Positions 1 to 37,350 of a DNA stretch of 48,727 nt are shown here, piece by piece; position 1 is the stretch's first letter; each line of letters begins with the position of its first letter. The position numbers were made by a program, and so were the translations under genes. Origin of the DNA: Macrostomum lignano. Taxonomy: Eukaryota. The stretch lies in contig NIVC01003600.1 of assembly GCA_002269645.1 (NCBI GenBank), positions 1 through 48,727 of the forward strand, in the 5' to 3' direction. The notes beneath the pieces were generated by a model. It saw nothing but the letters and a program-made list of their open reading frames with translations, was not told the origin of the DNA and ran no database searches.

Positions 1-575
1 AGAGCCCCACATAGAGACTCCGATTATAGAGAGTCCGACATTGAGAGAGAGAGAGTCCGACATATAGAGTCCGACATTGAGAGAGAGTCCGACATAGAGA
101 GTCCGACCTTGAGGAGAGAGAGAGATAGAGTCCGACATAGAGAGTCCGACCTTGAGAGAGAGAGATAGAGTCCGACATTGAGAGAGAGTCCGACATAGAG
201 AGTCCGACCTTGAGAGAGAGAGAGATAGAGTCCGACCTTGAGAGAGAGAGAGAGATTGAGTCCGACATAGAGAGTCGACCTTGAGAGAGAGAGATAGAGT
301 CCGACATAGAGAGTCCGACCTTGAGAGAGAGAGATAGAGTCCGACATAGAGAGTCCGACATAGAGAGTCCGACATTGAGAGTCCGACATTGAGAGAGAGT
401 CCGACATAGAGAGTCCGACATTGAGAGAGAGCCGACATAGAGTCCGACATTGAGAGAGAGTCCGACATAGAGTCCGACATTGAGAGAGAGCCCGACATAG
501 AGAGTCCGACATTGAGAGAGAGTCCGACATAGAGTCCTACATTGAGAGAGAGGCCGACATTGATAGAGAGTCCGA
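1..575. repeat. Minisatellite GAGAGTCCGACAT(A/T) plus variable GA (TRRAP intron 19)
   Basis: irregular 14-30 bp units. Confidence 0.95.
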
Positions 576-634
576 CAAAGAGAGTCTAAGACCAAGAGTC
601 TAAGGAGTCTGTATCAACAATATCCAACACTGAC

Positions 635-24967
<24,333 letters not shown>

Positions 24968-27237
24968 AACTGTTTCCTAGTGGAAAACAGTTAATTATTT
25001 AATAGGGTAATTAATGAAATTTATTGTTTGTGTTGTTCATCCCTGAAAAAAATATGACTATATGATATTTTTTTTAAATCTGACAAATAAAACAGAAGCA
25101 AAACTGTTTTCAATTAAAGAAACTTTTTCTTTTTTACAAAATAGCTGGTGGGTAAGGGGGGTAAGTATTTTTTATTTGATTTGATAAATCTTACTTGCCT
25201 AAATTGAACTATATTTTACTTTTGAGATTTAGTTCCATAATAAAAAGTTTCTTTTTTCCTTTTTGTATTAAGCATGAAATATAAGAATAAATGAAATATA
25301 CATGAAACATAAAGAATATTTCATGTATATGAAACATAACCATGAAATATAAATAAATATAACAAGATAATTTAACATGAAAAATTATTTTCTTACCAAA
25401 AACAACCAAGCCAGGCTAAACCTGCTAAAAAAGGAAACAAAATGAGAATTTTAAAGTTTATCTAAAGATTTGATAATGAATTTTTAGGTTAGAACTAGTT
25501 CAAGTTTGAAAATATAAAATTAAAGCCTCTCTTTTTGTGAAAGTCACATTTTTATTTAATTTTATGAACAAGATATCATAGGCATAGTTTATTATCATTT
25601 CTAATAAAAACCAGATATATATTTTTTAATGCCTCAATAATTTCTTCTTTTTTCCAAGTTTATATTTGTTTTTTATTTAATTTAGGCCTATTTGATTTGC
25701 AAAGTTATTCATTTTTATAAAGCATATTTTATCCTAATTAGAATTTAGCAAATATACTAACAAGTCATATGACCCTCATTGAAGTATAGATTTATGTAAA
25801 ACAACTATATGTATGGTGAAAACTAGCCTAAGCCTAGCTATAATAATAATTAACTAAAAAGTAAGGCCCCTAAGCCCTATAATGTCTAAATTACTAAAAG
25901 TAGAACTAGTCTGTAGCTTTTTATATGCAATTTTTTTAGAATAAGGTCTATAACAATTATATATATAATATTGTCTAGAATGGAATAAAAACCTAAATAT
26001 TTTAAGCAACTTATCAATTTATAGGTTAGAATAGTTTTGTATATTTTATTTTTACAATACAAAGCTCTCTTATTGAGCTATTTTGATTTTGTAAAGTAAA
26101 TATCTTATTATATAAATTGACATTTATTATTCATAGCACAATTATAGGCGTACCCTTGTTCTAGGCCTATTTTTTTATATATCAAACTACAAATATACTA
26201 CACTTATGATGATAGCATTAGAATTCTACTATAGCTATGTATATAGCTAGGGCTAGGGCCTATAGGAAGTTGCAAACAGAGGTTTTTAGCAAAGCATATA
26301 GATATAAATAGCCTCCTATGGTTAAAAACAAGTAGGCCCTACTTTTTATAAGGGCCTATCTAGTTTAGTTCCTATATCTAATAATACCACTCAATTGGGA
26401 ATTGAAAGATTGTTAGAGCAATTGATTTAATAGGGTTAAGGTTATAAAAATAAATGAATATTGCCAGTTTCTAAGTGAGGGAACTTATAAGCCCAAAGGC
26501 AAAGCTTCTAGAATTTAGGACTCTAACATCAAAAAATTTTTCAATGCCATGTCTACATTATAGTTGAATAGTAGAGGCTAAATTTCATAGTTAAGATGAA
26601 TTTTTTATCCAAGGGGAGCTCTTAACTGAAGTCCCTGCAGAGATTTCAATACTTAGTAATATGCACATTGTAGTTGGATAGGCCTAGGCCTAGTAAGTGC
26701 TAATGTTAAAATGAATATTTTTACTTTTAGTTTAGGCCTTAGGCCTAGGGGAGCTCTTAAGTTCATGAGGTTGAGGACTTAATCAATAAAAAGTTTTTAT
26801 GCCACATGCATATTAGGGTCAGTCAGACTCTAGATAATATATATGTAGGCCCTAGCCTTAGCCTACTACACCAAAAAATGGCATAGGGCCTACAAAGGGA
26901 CCTTGAATACACCATTGTGTATAACTTGGTATACAAAGGGGCCTGGCATGCCTTCTTAGTATACAGATTGGCATATAGAGATTGCTGAGATAGCAGGTGG
27001 AACCAAAGTTCCAAGTCCCAATCAATATATTATATATAGGCCTAGTTAGTGCACAAAAATGCCATTTGTTTGTTTGGTGTAGTCTCTATATATATACATA
27101 GTTAAAGTAGCTAAATTTTGATCAAAAAGAATAGCTCCTAGCCCTTCCAGAAAAAACAGAAAACTAAATTTACTGGAACTCCATAAAATATAGCCATAGG
27201 CATAGCCCATAGGCCTAGTCCATATCTAAAGAATACC

Positions 27238-28396
27238 TGTATCCTCTTCGTATAGTTTATGGAGGTGGGGCGGAGAAAGATTTAAAAACAAGAAATTTTG
27301 AAAGTTGGTAGTTTTGAAAAGTTGGGTTTCCTCGAAACCGAACGGCGTTGAGTTCGCACGAATTGAATCCGGAAAAATCCGTGTGGACGAATCCCAATTG
27401 AAATGTCTCGTAGATACTCCGACTGCCGGGGTCCTCAATCCCGGGGGGAGGGTAGTTTAGTCGTAGTCGAGCGGTCTTCGTTGGCGCGAGCGTTCAGATC
27501 GGGTCCTCAGACACCGAATTTATCGTATCTCGTATGTTTGACTTAACTGGTTACTAACAGTAGAGTAGCGCTGCCACCACCGTAATTCGCGTATTACGGA
27601 ACGTTGGAGTCTCAGAACTTGCTTCGAGATGAGACTGGGTTGTTTTACGCCCCACGGGCAAATGACTCAAAATAAGCTAGGCTTCAGGCTATTAATGAAA
27701 ATTAACGTAAAATCGACTGTTTTATTAGTTCGTAAAAGTTCAGGTGGTAAAAGTATAAGGGACCGAAACCTACTCCGGCGGATGATTTGCCGGTGCCGCG
27801 GTGCACGACTGGATAAAACGGCTTACGCTAGTTGTAGTTAAATTGGGCGAATTTAATATTAGTTGTTAAATTGAATAGGGAGAGAGCGAGGGTGGGCACA
27901 AAACTTAAAGAAGATAGAAAAGCGGGAAAAGAACCTAAACCAAACTAAAAACCAAACTAAAAATTTAACCTAACAAAACACACACACAAGGGGGGGGCAC
28001 CATTAAATAGAGAATAGGAGCGCAAAAGATGGACAAATGGGGTCAAACATTGGTGGCAAAAGGTGGTCACGGGGTCCAAGCATCGAACAAACAAAAAAAC
28101 ACGGAAAGATAGGGAGTTAAACAAAATTTCCAAAAGAGGGACGCAGAGGACCAGAAAAAGGAGTGGGAAAACCATCGCAAGAACGGGGAGACTGACGAAC
28201 TAAGCCAACGACTGGGGGCACAGGGTGGACACAGAAGACCAAAAACTGGGGACAGTGGGGATGGGTCAGAAGGTGGTTTAATAAGTCACGTAAAATAAAT
28301 TTAGAAATTAAAATAATAAAGTTCACTAAATTGTTAGTGGCAGCCCCCAACTGCCACATTTAGTTTAGGGATCAATTTCTAAGAAATGTACCTGCA
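27238..28396. mobile_element. Possible second solo LTR or other insertion (1159 bp)
   Basis: abrupt switch from CpG-void to CpG-rich DNA at about 27240; TG...CA ends flanked by TACC (27234-27237, 28397-28400); no coding similarity seen. Confidence 0.35.
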
Positions 28397-29488
28397 TACC
28401 AGCACTGTATAACAAATAGAAGTCAAGTTTTTCTGCTATGCCTATTTCTCATCGTTTAGCAAGACGAAAGTAACTTTATGTTATGGGTCTAATCCTTTTC
28501 ATCTATATGCATAATATAGTATAGGCATTAAGCCTAAAATTACCATCAGCACTAAAAAATATTAATTCGAATCCAATTATCTTATTAATGTTCTGACCGT
28601 CACCGCCGCGCTGGACCCGACGCAAAAGGGCGCGGTGGTCTGGGCCACCATCAACGCTCCGACCCGGCGGAGCCGGCGCATCCCGCTCAACCTGGCTGAC
28701 GACACTCCGGATCAGCGCAGAAGTATTAGTGAGCTTGCGCGCAAGTTCTCCTCCATCGTCGCCCCCGCTGCCAAACGATCTGAGGCTGCCGCCGAGGACT
28801 CCGCGTTGCCAGCAGGGGAGTTTCAATGTAGCAACACAGTCAGCACAGCCGACGGTTGTGATGCTCGCCCTGAAGACTAAAGGGCCGGTAAAAGCGTTGG
28901 GTCCGGACGAGGTGCCCAGGCGCTGCGACTCCACTGTGTGGCCAGCGAGGTCGCTAGTGTGATGAACCGCGTGCTGTTTTGTGAGGCGGCACCCAACGAA
29001 TGGGGTCCACGACGCACATCGTCAATATTCCGAAGAAAGCCGCGGGCACCACGGCTCCAAGAGCATGCACCTATAGGTGCCTGCAAGCCGTCTGCCTGCA
29101 GTCCTGCGCTGCGAAGCCGTTCAAGCGGATGCTGCTATCGCGGTTACAGTCCGTGCTGAATCCGTATTTGCGGCCTGAGCAGAACGGGTTCCGACCCCAT
29201 CGCGGCACAGTGGCGTGGATCCTGTCTCTTTGCCTGTCTCTCGAGGAATTGCGCGGACCCGCCAGTCGCGAGTCTGATTGCTCTCTTTATTGACTTCTCT
29301 TAATTATTGACTTTATTGACTTTTCGATTCGGAAATGGGCCGTGCTCCCAATGGCTGATTTCCGCTGTCATGGCGCTGTATTAGGGCACCGGTCATGGCT
29401 CATGTGTGCTAACACCGGACGGCCTGTCGTATTTCTTTGAGACATCCTCTGGGGTGCTTCAGGGAGATACGCTTGCGCGTTCCTGTTC

Positions 29489-30564
29489 TGATGTGTTCCT
29501 TATTACCAGTCCTCAACTGTAATCAAAAAACAATCACTTCTAGCTTTGTAGCTAGGCAACCCAGTAAGTCAACAGAAGGTATTCAATTACCTTTAATCCG
29601 GATGTGTAGATCTCTTCTTTTGAGTGCTTGTAGATCTCGCGTAGATCTCGTCACAGATCTGTCGATCAGGCCTGTCGTCCGACTTGTCTCTGAAGTGTTC
29701 GGACCAATGGGAAGCTTCCAATTAGAATGGGTACCCTGCGCCAAACTGCGGTCTTAATTAAGCCTCCTTCTTTTAGCAGTGCCTCTATGCACTCTAGAAA
29801 TAGCTCCAGAAACCACTGATAGTCTTCTAAGATCTATCAGGGGCAGTCCTTCTGGAGACTGCAACCAGTGGAGTCTAAACAGACTCAAGAGTCTCAACAG
29901 ACTCAAACTAAACTCAAGTCACACTGGACTTGAGCGAGACGTCTCTAACAACAACGGGCGCAAATAAGGAAGGCTTACCGCAACAACCGACCGAGTCTTG
30001 GTCCAGGAAGTCCGACTGTGGCTTCCTCTTCGGAGCTCTTCTCCTTCCGGAGGAATTGTTGGCTCCGGGTCCGTTCCGGACCACTTGTATTTATAGGCGT
30101 TCGGACCTCTCTCGAGGTCGTACATCATTGTCTTCGCAAATGTCAAGGGGTCACGATTCGGTGGCTGTCAAGCATGACAGGGCAGAAAGTTATGCTACTA
30201 GTCTACTGTAAAACACACATGATTGGTTACCGTATCTGGTGTTTTTCTGTCGCGTTTGATTGGTTCATCCGGGTGCAAACCGGGTGCAAGCCAAATGACG
30301 AATCGTAGGTGGGGTTGAACTGAAAAACGTAGGTTGCACGTGGCCAATGATGAATTGCAAATGGGATTTAACTTGACAATTGTGGGTCACGAGTGATTGG
30401 TTGGTTACTAAAAATAACATGACCAACTTTTCGCATTTCTGATTGGTTAATACAAATGTAGCCATGGTTAAATACTTATTTTTGTACGTGCCTTTTCTAT
30501 TCTACTGTATAAGTAGCATGTTAACAATGTTTATAGATTTTTAAAGGAGATGAAATACTCTACA
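29489..30564 (-). mobile_element. Solo LTR (1076 bp) inserted in the RTE RT domain
   Basis: TG...CA ends; 4-bp TSD GTTC (29485-29488, 30565-30568); removal rejoins ..FLF|VLVLEW; minus-strand TATAAATA at 30088-30095 and four CCAAT boxes at 30222-30446. Confidence 0.75.
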
Positions 30565-31089
30565 GTTCGTCCTGGTGCTTGAATGGGGGCTGCGGACTCT
30601 CTTCTAACAACGACAGCTTCCTGCTGCAGCGAAGCGTGGGTCGACTGACGCCAACCAGAGAGGCGGCTCAGCGTGTTTGGCTACGCCAATCTCGATCGCC
30701 CTGCTGTCCTCGACTGCCGAGGGCGCCCAGCGCCAGCTGGACCGGCTGGTAAGCGCTGCGGCGAGTGTCGGCCTGGTGGTCAACACGAAGAAGACCGTCG
30801 TTCTCTGCGTGCCGGACGACATCGAGGCTGCAATTTTCTGCGGAGAAGCTGACAGACAGGTAACGAAGCTTCCGCACTGTCAGCAGTTCGTCTACCTCGG
30901 CGGTCTGGTGCCTGACGTACGTTTGCGAAAACCTGCGACGTCGCCGTGGACTTGCCTGGGCTGTCCTCCATAAGGGCCATGAGGGTTGTCCTGCAGTCCG
31001 AGGCCCTGCCTGACCGCCAGAGGGCGGCGTTGTTCCAGGCGGTGATCGAGACCGTTCTGACGAGTGAGTCACCAATGCGGCACTCTATC

Positions 31090-31791
<702 letters not shown>

Positions 31792-34746
31792 CTATCGCCG
31801 CACCGGTATGTTCCGTTCCAGCGAACTGTTGCGCCGTCGGCGACTCCAGCTGGCAGGCCATTTTATCCGAGTCGAGTCGTACTGCCCACAGCCCGTGCAG
31901 GAGGTGCTGCTGCTGACGCTACAGGCACCCTACCGGCGGGGGCAGGCGCGCACTCGAAGTTTCGTCGACTGCCTGCTGGCTGACGCCCGCGCCCCAGACA
32001 CTGCCGGCGGTGCGGCATACGTTCGCGCCCAGGCCTTGAAACACGCTCTGTGACATTGTCCTACGACGCTTGACTGGCTGACAAAGTATTTTGTTTTCGT
32101 CTTTGTATTTACAAGCATTTGCATTAAAAGCTATGGGGGGACATGCCAATGCTTTTTCCTCTCACTCCACCTTGTGACCCGTTATGAAAATCAATAATTT
32201 TGCTTCAGGGCGACAAAACATAGCGCCTGCAGAACCAAAATGGTGCCTGCGGCGCCAAAATGCCTGCGATGTCAAAATGAGCGCTGACAGCACCGATTCT
32301 GTAAACATTGTTCAAGTGATGGGTTTCGGCCTTTCAGCCCCCTTGTGGGGAAGCCTTCGGGCCTCAGGTCTCAGAAATAAATCAATTAGAGTCCTGGCCC
32401 TCCACTCCTGTCAGATGGTTAGCCCAATGGTAGCTTGATCGTGTGGCGAGCAGTCTAGGTCCTATAGCTAAGAGAGGGACAGCGAGAGACAAGCAGGGAG
32501 AATTTTGAAGGTAGAGATCAGCTAATCCGCAGATTAGCTAACCCGCTACCACCAGCCCGTGCGTCCTGGCTCACCAAACCGGAACTTTCGAAATCGGGCT
32601 TCCGACTAGAGGGGGCTTAGCACTTTACCTGCCAACTAGTGTCTTTTTGCTGTCAATCTCGAAGTCATAGCCGATGATATGGGACACTGCTGGGACTTGA
32701 TCGCATTGGCCATGCAGGTACAGAGGGGACTTGTGCAGGGGATTCTTGCGGTGGCGAGTCTATGGGGTAGCTACATGTACTATTACATTGCTAAATACGA
32801 GGATATGTACTTTTGGCCTTCAACGCGCCGACTAGCCTCTCCTAGCGCTGATGATAGGCTAACTCGAACATCAGAGACCGCATGATTCATTACCCGAGCC
32901 ACTTGGCGAATCTAGAGTGCACAGAGTACATCTCTGGAGCCGATTCTGCACTATTGGCAATTTCGCTAACTGATTTGATAGATTGATCGACTGAGAACTG
33001 CCTTGCCATTGGTCCACTGCGACCGGCGCCTACTAGCTTAGCTACTCATCTGAGCCATCGGCGAACAAAGAAATAAAACCGATAAAAGTAACTGTCAGAT
33101 TTAACCTTCTCCTTAAATCACTTCACACTTCAGATTGAATTGGAGCTTCAGACTACTAAACAGTATTATTGAATGGTTTCTGCCTCAGTAACAGCACTAC
33201 TGAACAAAATGAGCAAAAGTGTGTGCCTAATCCAGCTACTGAAACAGGGGACAGATAAAGGGATCACCCAATCAAGCAAGTCTAGGTAGCCTCTCACCCA
33301 ACCAATCAGAAACTCAACAGCCGGAGACCAGGTAATCCACAGTGACCGAATCAGCTTAGTGCTTCGCAGCTGTAGGCATGGGATGATGCTGATGTCACAA
33401 TCTTCGCAGATAGCTAGCAGGCGATGCTCTCAACCTTGATGTTCGCTGCTGACGACCGTGGGAATTCGTCCTTGATGGTGATGGGGGGGAGTCGCGATCC
33501 GGGGATCAAGAGACGACGGTCGCGAGTAGCAGCTGGGTGTCAGGTGACAGGTGACTGGCCAAGTTGAAGTCCGAGCGAGCCAAAAACGCCGGTTTTTATA
33601 GCCGCAAACTGGACCGCAATTTGTTATAATGGAACACCTCGATTCTGATTGGCTGAGCCGATTTGTTATAACGCACGTCGAATTTTCTGATTGGCTGAGC
33701 TTGTTGCCACCCAAACTCACGTGACCAAGAGATCCTATCAGTTTCCTCGGGGCCATAAAAATACGACAGGTGCGGTCATAATAACTCAAAATCGCTACAT
33801 AATGATTTATGACCTTTCGCGTAGGAATGACAAAAATTAATGAAATAAATACATTAGAAAGCTCTTATTAAGTAGAAAGTGAAGATAATGAAGAGAAATC
33901 GCTAATCGCTAATCCCAAAGTGTAAAACGCATAGCTGTCAAAGCTGTCACACGCTTGAGTGAACACGAACAATAGGCCCTGACCTCATAAATCTTGATGG
34001 CCTGTCAAAAAGATGAGAAAAAAGCTACCGCCCGCATCCTCTCAGACCATCTGGCGCCAGTCTCAGCACTGAGTGAGGCGCAGGTGGCTGTCAGACCAGC
34101 TTCAAAAGCGATGATTTATGACCCAAAAGCCGCGCCTATGTTATTATAAGTACTAGTATGGCAAAACCATATAATTACCTACTAGAATGAATTCTAGGAA
34201 AATTACATAGAGAGAAGAAGAAATGCCCATAGCCTCTTGCTAGTAGGCTGGCAAGTTTAGAGCCCATGTGCCAGCGTGGGATTTGGGAAAAAATTGCGTC
34301 CTCATCACATGTAGGAATTTAGTCATGCACATGTACATGTAAAATTCTTTGGCTTTGTCCTCCCACCACAAAATCAATGGCAGACGCCCCTGGAAACACA
34401 TATAGTGCCAAATTGGCTGAAATGACACTAATATACATGTACATATATTAACAGATTTTGTATACGTTAAGCGCTATAATGCGGATTCCACCGGGTATAA
34501 TCAGCTGCAGTGACAACAAGTGACAACTCGATCGATTACTCACGATTTGGAATGATAAACGTAACAAATCCATGCAATTTCAATTATACATGTTGACAGT
34601 GCAAACTCTCTATGGTAGAAATATGATTTTAAAAAATTTTACTTAAACAGCAGCAAATCTTTTATGATAGGACTGTTCTGCTTCAAAGAGCATCACTTGG
34701 TCGCTAAATAAAAGTGCATTCTCTTCGTAATAAAGAGCACAATATA

Positions 34747-35187
34747 ATGTCGTCGGCAGCTCAGCAGGATAGAAATGATGACGAACTGCAGCTGACGCCG
34801 ACGCGACTGGCAACTCAGCAGCAACTGCAATGCAACAACAACACGGTTGATGCTGGCACAACAGTGGCCCGCACAGCCGCTGCGGTAACCATGGACGCTG
34901 AAACATCGGTTGAAGCAGAAACCAGCAACAAATGTCCCAACACAGCAGCAGCCGCAGTCGCAAATCAAAGCAAAACAACAACAACAAATATCAAAGGCGC
35001 CGCCGCCGATATCAATACCTGTCTGCAGAATTCACTGGACCAAATGCAGCAACACTTTCAAGAGATGGTCGATTTGATCCTGAGCAAACTGGACGATATG
35101 AATCGACAGATTGAAGATCTAGAGAAGATGCTCGAGAACATACTTGGCGATGCTCAACGTCAAATTGGACATAACCCGACCGTTTAA
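34747..35187 (+). CDS. HSBP1: Heat shock factor-binding protein 1-like, intronless, 146 aa with T/A/Q-rich N-terminal extension
   Basis: LQNSLDQMQQHFQEMVDLILSKLDDMNRQIEDLEKML matches the HSBP1 coiled coil ([34 protein letters not shown]); first ATG at 34747 (the ORF-track start is a GTG). Confidence 0.85.
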   Translation: MSSAAQQDRNDDELQLTPTRLATQQQLQCNNNTVDAGTTVARTAAAVTMDAETSVEAETSNKCPNTAAAAVANQSKTTTTNIKGAAADINTCLQNSLDQMQQHFQEMVDLILSKLDDMNRQIEDLEKMLENILGDAQRQIGHNPTV

Positions 35188-37231
35188 ATTTGCGCGATGA
35201 CATATTTCAATTTAGCCTTTTCCCGACTTGACTATAATTACTTTTTAAATGCAGCTATAAACTAGCATTATAGTAAGACAGCATTTGATATTTTCATTCA
35301 TATAGGGCACAGAGCGTGTTTAAACTTTTAATGATCAGTGAAGTAACTTAGAAATAATAGAAAATGAATATTATACTATACATCCTTGCATTCAGCTCTT
35401 AAGTTTAGATAAAAAATTAAATTTTGTCGTCATAATTTGACATCTGTTGTCTTATACTGATTATTTTTTTATTGCAGAATCTCTCAGGTTGGTAACCTAA
35501 GAAAAAAACTTGCTAAGTTGCCAGGTACTTTCACTGTAGTGGAGCTGGATCAACAATGCAACCTGGAGACAAGTACCGCCTAAGAAACTCTCCAAGTTTT
35601 CCAAGAACATTCGATAAGTGTACTTTTCAAGTACGCAATGTTTTCTTGAGTCAGTTCTCAAGTAGCTACTGTACATGTACTTTCCACTTGGATGTAGAGA
35701 CACGGCGTGTACTTTGTAAACTTTGCAAGTCGATTGTTGAATTTGGACAACAACATTGCATACTTTCTAGTTCATAACAATGATACTTTGCAAACTTGGG
35801 AAAGCCAACAATGTCATCTAAGCACATGTTGCGGTTGACTTGGGAAGTTAAGCATGTTTTTTCCCGGAAACTACCTGGAGTGCTGGGTTAAATGCATGCA
35901 CACCGAAATTGCAGGAACTTTAAAGCCGTAAATTTTGTTCAAATGGAGTGCGACTAGTTGAAACGACGTGTACATGTACTTGTAACGACTTTTAAAAGTA
36001 CATGCGAAGCCATGAGACCACTACTGTCTGTGGCCGATCCTGTTGGCAAGATATAACAAACGCTAATTCCTTTTAAAGTCTTTGTGTCTGATAACAAAGT
36101 TGGCTAGAGTCCCTGCCTGTGTGTGTATTACATGTAGCTAGCAGCTAACTAATTTTGCGCCTTCATTAATTCCCTTTCGGCAAATCAGTAGTTTAATTCC
36201 CTCCTTAAAAATCAATTTTTTTCAAAATTCCAATTCCAATTCCAAAAGCAAACTCCCTTAGTCGCAGCTAAGTACTCTAAAAATAATCTCACTTAATAGT
36301 TGTAAACTAATTGTTAAAATTTTGATCAAATGCCGCTTAGACAAACTACTCTGTATAAAATAATTAACGGCTAGTAGATTCAATCAGCGCGTAATTACAG
36401 TCGTATTAATTTTTCCGCCAGAAAACAGACAGAGTGCAAAGATCGAATTTCAGTATAGAATTTTATAGTAGCATGAAGATTACAATAAATACAGCATTTG
36501 ATTATTTCATTAATTAAAACGTAGAGACAGTATAACAAACAAACGTGAAAGTTTGTTCACAACTAATAAATTACAATTAATGCATAAACTAAGAGTATAA
36601 AAAACATCCGTCAGTGGTCAGACAAATTTACAACTCAGTGTAAAATTTCAATATTAGTAGATTTTCCATCACAATATTGTTTAATAAAACAGTTCTTGTG
36701 CGTTTAATTATTTGAGAAAGATAAGGTATAGGAAAATCAAGGCGTACTATAAAAAGCGTTCCATATACACTCGCCTTTTTTACAAACACAGTTCAAGCAA
36801 ACCCACATGTATAAAAAACATTCAATTGATAGAATTTCCCAGAAATAGTCATTAGTGTTGCTTAATCTAAATTAGATAATCAATTTAAATTCATGCGAAA
36901 TAATCCAAGCGAATTAAAAACCACCTTAACCCAAGTTTAATAAAAGAAAGTAACCTGCAAACTTATAATATTCAGTGCACCATGGTATATATTTGAGTAT
37001 AAATATACGATAAATCAATATATTAGCCCGACTGTTTAAACAAGGCTACTATAAGTAGAATTCAATAGGAAAAAATAAATATGTTATCCAAAAATTGACA
37101 CAACACCAGAATGCGCGCGAATTCATCTGGATCTTCTGCATTTACATGTGTATAACGGTTAATTGTTTCAATAAGGTAGTTCAGATAAATTAAAATTAAT
37201 TTTTGGTCAGTCAGTTAAACTTTCATAATTT

Positions 37232-37350
37232 TTAGTCAACTAGAACGTCGTCGTCGTCATTGTCGTCTATCGAGCGACGATTTCGGCTGGAGCCGGCATC
37301 GAATGGTCGTCCTTGCCGATTGCTGCTGCGACGACCTGTGGACGCTTGAA
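37232..37350 (-). CDS. IQCE: IQCE exon 10 (last coding exon)
   Basis: ccgcag acceptor; ends [11 protein letters not shown] then TAA. Confidence 0.83.

Noticed and set aside
29930-30200. Second mirror-like (CpG over GpC) segment
   Set aside because: It lies inside the TSD-bounded solo LTR with correctly oriented CCAAT and TATA motifs, so this is element composition; it also weakens the mirror reading of 27238-28396.
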